Source of the DNA: Candidatus Electrothrix sp. GW3-4
GTDB taxonomy: Bacteria; Desulfobacterota; Desulfobulbia; Desulfobulbales; Desulfobulbaceae
Assembly (NCBI RefSeq): GCF_037902255.1
Contig: NZ_CP147990.1
Span: 3,210,001-3,242,000, forward strand
Length of the DNA stretch: 32,000 nucleotides
Reading direction: 5' to 3'
In this document: positions 26,588-32,000 of the stretch, piece by piece
How the letters are laid out: each line of letters opens with the position of its first letter
How positions within the stretch are numbered: position 1 is the first letter of the stretch
Made by a program: the position numbers and the translations under genes
Notes under the pieces: generated by a model
Told to the model about the DNA's origin: nothing
Databases searched by the model: none
What the model saw: the letters and a program-made list of their open reading frames with translations, nothing else

Positions 26588-27988
26588 CTACTCATACCCC
26601 ATAGGTGGATCTTGATTCGTATAACTTTCAAAGGTGGTAATATGGCCGAGAAAGGTCAATTTCACCGTGCCAATTGGGCCGTTACGCTGTTTCCCGACAA
26701 TTAACTCGGCAATGCCCCGATTAGGATTATCTTCAGCTTTATTATAGACCTCGTCTCTATAGATAAACATAATAACATCCGCATCCTGCTCAATAGCTCC
26801 CGACTCGCGCAGATCAGAAAGCTGGGGCCGCTTATCCGTTCGACTCTCCAGGCTTCGGTTTAACTGGGACAGGGCAATAACCGGGACATCCAGTTCTTTG
26901 GCCATCGCTTTAAGAGAGCGAGAAATATCACTGATCTCCTGGGTGCGATTTTCAATCTTGGACTTTCCCTGCATGAGCTGAAGATAATCCACCACCACGA
27001 GACCAAGATCGTGCTCGGATTTCAAACGTCTGGCCTTGGCACGCATCTCCAGGACCGTCATGCCAGCGGTATCATCAATGTAAACAGGGGAGTCAGCAAG
27101 CATACCTGTGGCCCGGGTCAGCTTGGGCCAGTCATGCTCTTGCAAATGACCAGTACGGATCCGTTGCGCATCAATCCGGCCCACCGAGCAGAGCATACGC
27201 AGGGCAAGTTGCTCCATAGACATCTCCAGGCTGAATACCGCCACCGGCACCTTGTTAATCAGGGCAGCATGCTGCACCATATTCATAGCCAAGGCGGTCT
27301 TTCCCATTGACGGTCGGCCAGCCAGGATAATCAGGTCTGCGGGCTGAAGCCCTGCGGTCATTCGGTCCAACTCATCATATCCGGTTGAGATACCGGTAAT
27401 ATGCTCCTTGCGCTCTGCCAGTTTTGTTACCCGATCAAAGGCCTTAGGAACAATCTTTGACATGGGCTCAAACCCCTGCTTTTTTTTGGCCTGAGCTATT
27501 TCAAAAATCGTTTGCTCGGCCTTATCCACGAGGGCCTCAAGGTCATCTTGCGCATCATAGCAGCGGGCCGCCACATCGCTACTGGTCGCGATAAGCCTCC
27601 TCAGGATGGACTTCTCCCGTATAATCCTGGCATGATGGACGAGCATTCCGGTAAAGGGTATAACATCAGTAAGCGATGTTATATACGCAGCACCTCCGAT
27701 CTGCTCTAATCGATTCTGATCACGCAGCAAGCTCGTCACAGTCACTAAGTCATGCGGTTCACTACGTTCAAAGAGACTGACCATAGCTTCAAAGAGCAGC
27801 TTATGGGCATCCCGATAAAAATCATCAGGGGAAAGGAGTTCGACCACTTTTAACAGAGACTTATCCTGAATCAGGATAGTACCGAGCAAGGCCTGTTCCG
27901 CTTCCACATTTTGGGGCGGAATCATTTTGGGGGCAGGAGAAGCAGTTGAGGAGCCTCCATTTTCAAAGAAGGCTGAACTATCAGACAC
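26588..27988 (-). CDS. dnaB: Replicative DNA helicase DnaB
   Basis: 466 aa. PPQNVEAEQALLGTIL is the N-terminal domain signature, GRPSMGKTALAMN is Walker A, and VVVDYLQLM and QLNRSLE are also present. The start is GTG with an AAGGA ribosome-binding site. Confidence 0.95.
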   Translation of the reverse strand: MSDSSAFFENGGSSTASPAPKMIPPQNVEAEQALLGTILIQDKSLLKVVELLSPDDFYRDAHKLLFEAMVSLFERSEPHDLVTVTSLLRDQNRLEQIGGAAYITSLTDVIPFTGMLVHHARIIREKSILRRLIATSSDVAARCYDAQDDLEALVDKAEQTIFEIAQAKKKQGFEPMSKIVPKAFDRVTKLAERKEHITGISTGYDELDRMTAGLQPADLIILAGRPSMGKTALAMNMVQHAALINKVPVAVFSLEMSMEQLALRMLCSVGRIDAQRIRTGHLQEHDWPKLTRATGMLADSPVYIDDTAGMTVLEMRAKARRLKSEHDLGLVVVDYLQLMQGKSKIENRTQEISDISRSLKAMAKELDVPVIALSQLNRSLESRTDKRPQLSDLRESGAIEQDADVIMFIYRDEVYNKAEDNPNRGIAELIVGKQRNGPIGTVKLTFLGHITTFESYTNQDPPMGYE

Positions 27989-28044
27989 GGTAGGCGTCCT
28001 TGGAGGGATGTGACACCTGCAAACAAATCACAGGCAGATATGTA

Positions 28045-28090
28045 CTCTAAACAAAGGGCGGCGAGCTGCCAGCGAGACAACACGCCGCTC
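28045..28090 (-). terminator. Weak candidate terminator after rplI
   Basis: Imperfect GC stem (gggcggcg ... cgccgctc, 28056-28090) with a long loop, followed on the minus strand by UUUGUUUAG. Confidence 0.3.
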
Positions 28091-28115
28091 AAAAAACTGC
28101 GAGCCAGCCAGGAAA

Positions 28116-28577
28116 TTAATCCTCTTCAGCTTCTACTTCAGGAGCAACCTGCACCGTGATCTCAGTACTCATCTGATAGCCGACCTTGACGGTAATCCTT
28201 GTCGCACCAGTATTTTTAATAGGATCAGCCAGCATGATCGCCCGCCGATCCAGGGTAACACCCTGCTCTGCCAGCTGAGCTGCAATATCCCCGGCACTCA
28301 CAGAGCCGAACAGACGTCCTTCACGGCCCACTTTGCGGGTGATCACAACGGTCATATTCTCAAGCTGGGCGGCAAGCTTTTCTGCATTCTTTTTTTCTTC
28401 TGCACGGCGCTTTTCAATAGCCTCCTGCTCTCGCTGCAAACGGGCCAGACTGGCCTTGTTCACCGTAGCAGCCATATTTTGCGGAATAAGATAATTGCGC
28501 GCATAACCGGGCTTCACGTTGACAATTTCCCCTTCTCGCCCGAGGGTATCAATTGTTTTTTTCAGTATAACTTCCAT
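28116..28577 (-). CDS. rplI: 50S ribosomal protein L9
   Basis: MEVILKKTIDTLGREGEIVNVKPGYARNYLIP is the canonical L9 N-terminus. ATG at 28577 has a TGAGGA ribosome-binding site 9 nt upstream; the tracked GTG at 28592 lies within that site. Confidence 0.93.
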   Translation of the reverse strand: MEVILKKTIDTLGREGEIVNVKPGYARNYLIPQNMAATVNKASLARLQREQEAIEKRRAEEKKNAEKLAAQLENMTVVITRKVGREGRLFGSVSAGDIAAQLAEQGVTLDRRAIMLADPIKNTGATRITVKVGYQMSTEITVQVAPEVEAEED

Positions 28578-28611
28578 TATAACTATCCTCACTCAAGTAC
28601 AGGATTATTAA

Positions 28612-29589
28612 TCATTCTGTTTTATCTTCTTGGTCCAACTTGCGAAAATCAGCCCAGGTATCAGCTAGTCCGACAATAGCCACCAACAGCACGCCATAGC
28701 GCTGGAACGCGAGAACCACATAGGCAAAAAGACGAAAAGCGCGCGGGAGATGCCAGCGATTCAGGGTATGCATAACAACAGCTACGCCCTGAAAAAAATA
28801 CAAGAGCCCTGATACGAGGAGTAAACTGGTGCCTGCATTTTTCCCTCCTGCTTTGCCAACAAGAAGTAGGGCAAAGGCGAGAATAAGGAGCCATGCTACC
28901 TTATCCGGCAATCGCCACGCACTGTATGGCGGCCAACAGGCCTTTTCCGGTGCCAGCTTTTTGAGCAAGCCTCTACAGATAACCATGTTCATACAGACGG
29001 TTATCAGGACCATGCCTCCAAGAAGGCCAGGCAGGATCTTCGGCAGAAGCATACGCACCCCCGCTATCATCTGCTCAAAACTATAGAGAACATCTGCGGG
29101 CAGGTCAGAACTCGTCCGATACACCACAACGACCTGCTCCATAAAGGCGTCCATATCAGTAAGCAGACCGATATAGGGATTCGTCCCGGACAGGATGCCA
29201 TAGGCAGACCAAAAGGAGAGCCACGTAATACCCAGCACCATAACTCCGGCCCCCCCGGCTTCTGCCAGGCTTTTTCGTCGTGCTAAGCTCTGATGCAAGC
29301 TGTATCCCAAGGGAACCATCGTCAATGTAAAGAGAAACATCGAAAAACGCCCCAGCAAGAGGGAACCAAGACCTGCCAGCAACAGCCCATTTCCGATCAG
29401 CCGCCCTGTCTTCCTTTCATCAGCAGCTGTTTGGAACAGCAGAAAGATCGGCACGGCAAGCAGGCCGTTCAACCAGCCAATCAAGCCAGGAAGGGCTATC
29501 GGCAAAAAAAAGAAAAAAGCCACCAACAGTGGCCGGGCAGCTAAAAAAGGGCTCTTCTGCTGCGAGGTCTTGCCATTGCGTCCCATCAC
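28612..29589 (-). CDS. DUF2232 (YybS-like) polytopic membrane protein
   Basis: 325 aa with multiple TM helices. The position between rpsR and rplI is the conserved context of YybS/DUF2232 genes. Confidence 0.6.
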   Translation of the reverse strand: MMGRNGKTSQQKSPFLAARPLLVAFFFFLPIALPGLIGWLNGLLAVPIFLLFQTAADERKTGRLIGNGLLLAGLGSLLLGRFSMFLFTLTMVPLGYSLHQSLARRKSLAEAGGAGVMVLGITWLSFWSAYGILSGTNPYIGLLTDMDAFMEQVVVVYRTSSDLPADVLYSFEQMIAGVRMLLPKILPGLLGGMVLITVCMNMVICRGLLKKLAPEKACWPPYSAWRLPDKVAWLLILAFALLLVGKAGGKNAGTSLLLVSGLLYFFQGVAVVMHTLNRWHLPRAFRLFAYVVLAFQRYGVLLVAIVGLADTWADFRKLDQEDKTE

Positions 29590-29715
29590 ATCACGAGGTA
29601 CGGTCTACTCTCTCACAACAAAGGCGCACTACGAGCTCCAAGCATGCTATTTCCTTGTCGCCGCAGCAGGTGGACAACATCAAAGAAAACAGATTATTTT
29701 TTCTTAGTTTTTCTC

Positions 29716-29955
29716 TTAGTACTGAATAGAACCGGTATAGGGCATCAGGGCAAGATGACGAGCCCGCTTGATGGCCTCGGTCAGCTGGCGCTGGTGCGCT
29801 GCACAGGTGCCGTAAATCCGTTTTGGAATAATTTTGCCACGTTCTGTCACAAAACCTTTCAGGACCTTCACATCCTTATAATCGATGGTCAGCTCTTTAT
29901 CAGCACAAAATCTACAAACTTTTCTTCGGTAAAATACTTTCTTACGGGGAGCCAT
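29716..29955 (-). CDS. rpsR: 30S ribosomal protein S18
   Basis: [13 protein letters not shown]...[35 protein letters not shown] is canonical S18. The AAGGAG ribosome-binding site is spaced 9 nt from ATG 29955. Confidence 0.93.
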   Translation of the reverse strand: MAPRKKVFYRRKVCRFCADKELTIDYKDVKVLKGFVTERGKIIPKRIYGTCAAHQRQLTEAIKRARHLALMPYTGSIQY

Positions 29956-30005
29956 AATCATTTTCTCCTTATGATTGTTTTTTTCGATACAAGAGAAGAA
30001 GAGCC

Positions 30006-30485
30006 TTATTCAGCTGCATCATCTTGCTGTTCTTGTTTCGGAGCATCGCTCTCCTCGGAAACAGCCTTCTCTTCTGGCTTGTCGCCCTCGTCATTAGCCT
30101 CTTCATTCTGCTTGGCAAGTTCTTCTGCCTCAGCAGCCTTCGCAGCAGCAACAGCGGCAATTCGCTCTTTTTCCTGATCTATCCCCTCAGCATCTATTTC
30201 TTCTGCCAATTTCACGGTCAGATAGCGGAGCACCCTGTCATCAATGCGGAAAATACGCTCAATCTCCTGAATCGTGCTTCCAGGAGCAGCGTAGCTCATA
30301 TAGACATAGTAGCCCTGCGTTTCCTTTTTGATCTCATAGGCCAATCTTTTCATGCCCCAGCGATCAATATCAATAATTGAACCCTTATCATCCTGCACAA
30401 TGGCGTTGGTTCGTTCAATAATCTCTGTAAACTGCTCCTCGCCCAGATTAGGACGAAGAATGTACGTTGTTTCGTAATGACGCAT
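30006..30485 (-). CDS. rpsF: 30S ribosomal protein S6 with a long acidic C-terminal tail
   Basis: [12 protein letters not shown]...[10 protein letters not shown] is canonical S6. A GAGGAGG ribosome-binding site is present. Confidence 0.93.
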   Translation of the reverse strand: MRHYETTYILRPNLGEEQFTEIIERTNAIVQDDKGSIIDIDRWGMKRLAYEIKKETQGYYVYMSYAAPGSTIQEIERIFRIDDRVLRYLTVKLAEEIDAEGIDQEKERIAAVAAAKAAEAEELAKQNEEANDEGDKPEEKAVSEESDAPKQEQQDDAAE

Positions 30486-30567
30486 GGATCCTCCTCGCGG
30501 TCATAATGGCCCTCACTATCTTTTAAGAGAGAGCGGGAAGGTTAACAATAAAAAAAGTTAAAAGGGT

Positions 30568-30597
30568 TATATACCACCCGACTTGCGACGATGTCAA
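30568..30597 (-). promoter_or_regulatory. Candidate sigma70-type promoter of the rpsF operon
   Basis: On the minus strand, TTGACA (30597-30592), an 18 nt spacer and TATATA (30573-30568). This lies about 80 nt upstream of the rpsF ATG. Confidence 0.5.
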
Positions 30598-30623
30598 TAG
30601 AAATACGCCTCACCCCGGAGCAA

Positions 30624-31109
30624 TCAGCAGGCAGAGCCAGGTTGAATCTCCACGACTTCAAATTCCCGAACACCGCCCGGCGTCTTGGTCACCACCTCGT
30701 CCCCTACTTCTTTCCCTAAGATGGAACGTCCCAGGGGAGCCAAAACCGATATGGAGCCTTTTTTCACATCCGCTTCTTCTGGACCGAGCAGCTGATAGGT
30801 CACCTCGTCATCGCTCTCCATGTCCATCAGGGTGACAACCGCGCCAAAGACAGCCCGATTGGTGCTGACCTTTGTGCAATCGATCACTTCAGCCCTGCCG
30901 AGCTTATCTTTCAGTTCCATGATCCGCCCTTCGATCATCCCCTGCCGCTCTTTGGCTGCATGGTACTCGGCGTTTTCTTTCAGGTCTCCGTGGGCACGAG
31001 CACTTTCAATCGCCTTGACAACTTCATGGCGCTCCACCTTTTCCAACTGCTCAAGCTCTTCTTTCAACTGTACGTGTCCGGTTTTGGACATGGGGATACG
31101 TTCAACCAT
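30624..31109 (-). CDS. greA: Transcription elongation factor GreA
   Basis: 161 aa. MVERIPMSKTGHVQLKEELEQL parallels the GreA N-terminal coiled coil, and the protein has ENAEYHAAKE and a C-terminal globular domain. Confidence 0.93.
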   Translation of the reverse strand: MVERIPMSKTGHVQLKEELEQLEKVERHEVVKAIESARAHGDLKENAEYHAAKERQGMIEGRIMELKDKLGRAEVIDCTKVSTNRAVFGAVVTLMDMESDDEVTYQLLGPEEADVKKGSISVLAPLGRSILGKEVGDEVVTKTPGGVREFEVVEIQPGSAC

Positions 31110-31147
31110 GCTTGTTCCTCTACTGCTTTGAATAAATTATGCCTTTC

Positions 31148-31184
31148 ACTAAAAACAAAGTGCCCCGTCCAAAAGGGCGGGGCA
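31148..31184 (-). terminator. Rho-independent terminator between the DegT-family gene and greA
   Basis: The minus-strand RNA reads UGCCCCGCCC-UUUU-GGACGGGGCA (9 of 10 positions paired), followed by CUUUGUUUUUAG. Confidence 0.7.
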
Positions 31185-31279
31185 GCAAAACGAAAAATAC
31201 TTCACGATACATGCATAATGCACTTGCACTCTGCGAGCAGGCTGACTCCAGGAAGAGCCAGAAAAGCGGGGGACAACTG

Positions 31280-32000
31280 CTACGAACGGAAAAAATCAGC
31301 TATGGTCTCGACAACATACTCCTGCTGCTCATTACTCAGTTCTGGATAGATCGGCAGGGCCAGGGATTCTCTGCTTGCCTGCTCTGCCACGGGCAGCGAC
31401 AAAGCATTATAAGGACCGTATAACTCAAGACATTTTTGTTGATGCAGACAGACCGGATAATAGACCTCGCAGCCGATATCTTTTTCCTGCAAGTATTTCC
31501 GCAGGGCATCGCGACGTGCTGTCCGAATAACAAACTGGTTATAGATATGAATATTATGCTGTTCCGCAGCTGGCGCCTTGCTATACACCGCTTCCGGCAA
31601 GGCAATCTGCTCTCTGGTCAATCCGGCCTGAGCAAAAAGCTCTCGATATTGCTCGCTATTCTCCCGGCGCTGCCTATGCCATCCTTCCAGACAGGACAAC
31701 TTCACACTGAGTACAGCGGCCTGGATGGGGTCAAGGCGAAAATTGCCCCCGATCTTCGAGTGATAGTATTTCGGTTTCGCCCCATGATTGCGATAGCAAC
31801 GCAAGGTCTCGGCAAAACCAGGGTCACAGGTGGTAATCATACCACCGTCCCCTATCCCACCGAGATTCTTGGAGGGGAAAAAGGAAAAACAACCTGTAAG
31901 CCCCATAGAACCGGCCTTTTTCCAGACAACCTCGCCGCCGTTCTCTGTTTCAACAAAGGGGTACTCTGCCCCGATAGCCTGGGCAGCATCTTCAATAACC
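31280..32000 (-). CDS. DegT/DnrJ/EryC1/StrS-family PLP-dependent aminotransferase (N-terminus outside the window)
   Basis: The frame is open to the window edge (VIEDAAQAIGAEY...). SFFPSKNLGGIGDGGMITT contains the family PLP-lysine motif. Confidence 0.85.
   Translation of the reverse strand, partial: VIEDAAQAIGAEYPFVETENGGEVVWKKAGSMGLTGCFSFFPSKNLGGIGDGGMITTCDPGFAETLRCYRNHGAKPKYYHSKIGGNFRLDPIQAAVLSVKLSCLEGWHRQRRENSEQYRELFAQAGLTREQIALPEAVYSKAPAAEQHNIHIYNQFVIRTARRDALRKYLQEKDIGCEVYYPVCLHQQKCLELYGPYNALSLPVAEQASRESLALPIYPELSNEQQEYVVETIADFFRS

Overview
Apart from ddl and a disrupted small ORF, every gene in this 32 kb window is on the minus strand. GC looks near 50% by eye. The gene content fits a deltaproteobacterial (Desulfobacterota-like) chromosome, but that is inference only. 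All product calls come from motif recognition in the supplied translations; no database search was run.

Housekeeping genes, from high to low coordinate:
- a partial DegT-family aminotransferase
- greA
- rpsF-rpsR-DUF2232-rplI-dnaB
- leuS-lptE
- an adenine deaminase gene broken by a -1 frameshift in a poly-G run
- sdhC-sdhA-[Uma2 endonuclease-like gene]-sdhB
- ddl (plus strand)
- a GT9 heptosyltransferase (waaF-like)

At the left edge, a 1,733 bp single-ORF IS66-family element with imperfect inverted repeats and a perfect 8 bp target-site duplication splits a small AT-rich membrane-protein ORF.

Two modules stand out.
1. mglB-mglA (roadblock/LC7 GAP plus an MglA-type Ras-like GTPase with the TVPGQ motif) is followed 67 nt later by a 1,939 aa hyper-acidic protein. 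This protein has a duplicated N-terminal helical domain and arrays of aromatic-acidic short motifs. It also carries nine near-identical 213 bp (71 aa) tandem repeats whose variation is mostly synonymous.
2. A translationally coupled five-gene non-canonical Hsp70 module: an Hsp70 with an inserted zinc ribbon, a Zn-ribbon/TM/acidic/LysM protein, a 477 aa helical protein, a J-like protein lacking HPD, and a GrpE-like protein.

The sdh operon lies between the two modules with very short junctions. I saw no rRNA, tRNA or CRISPR.
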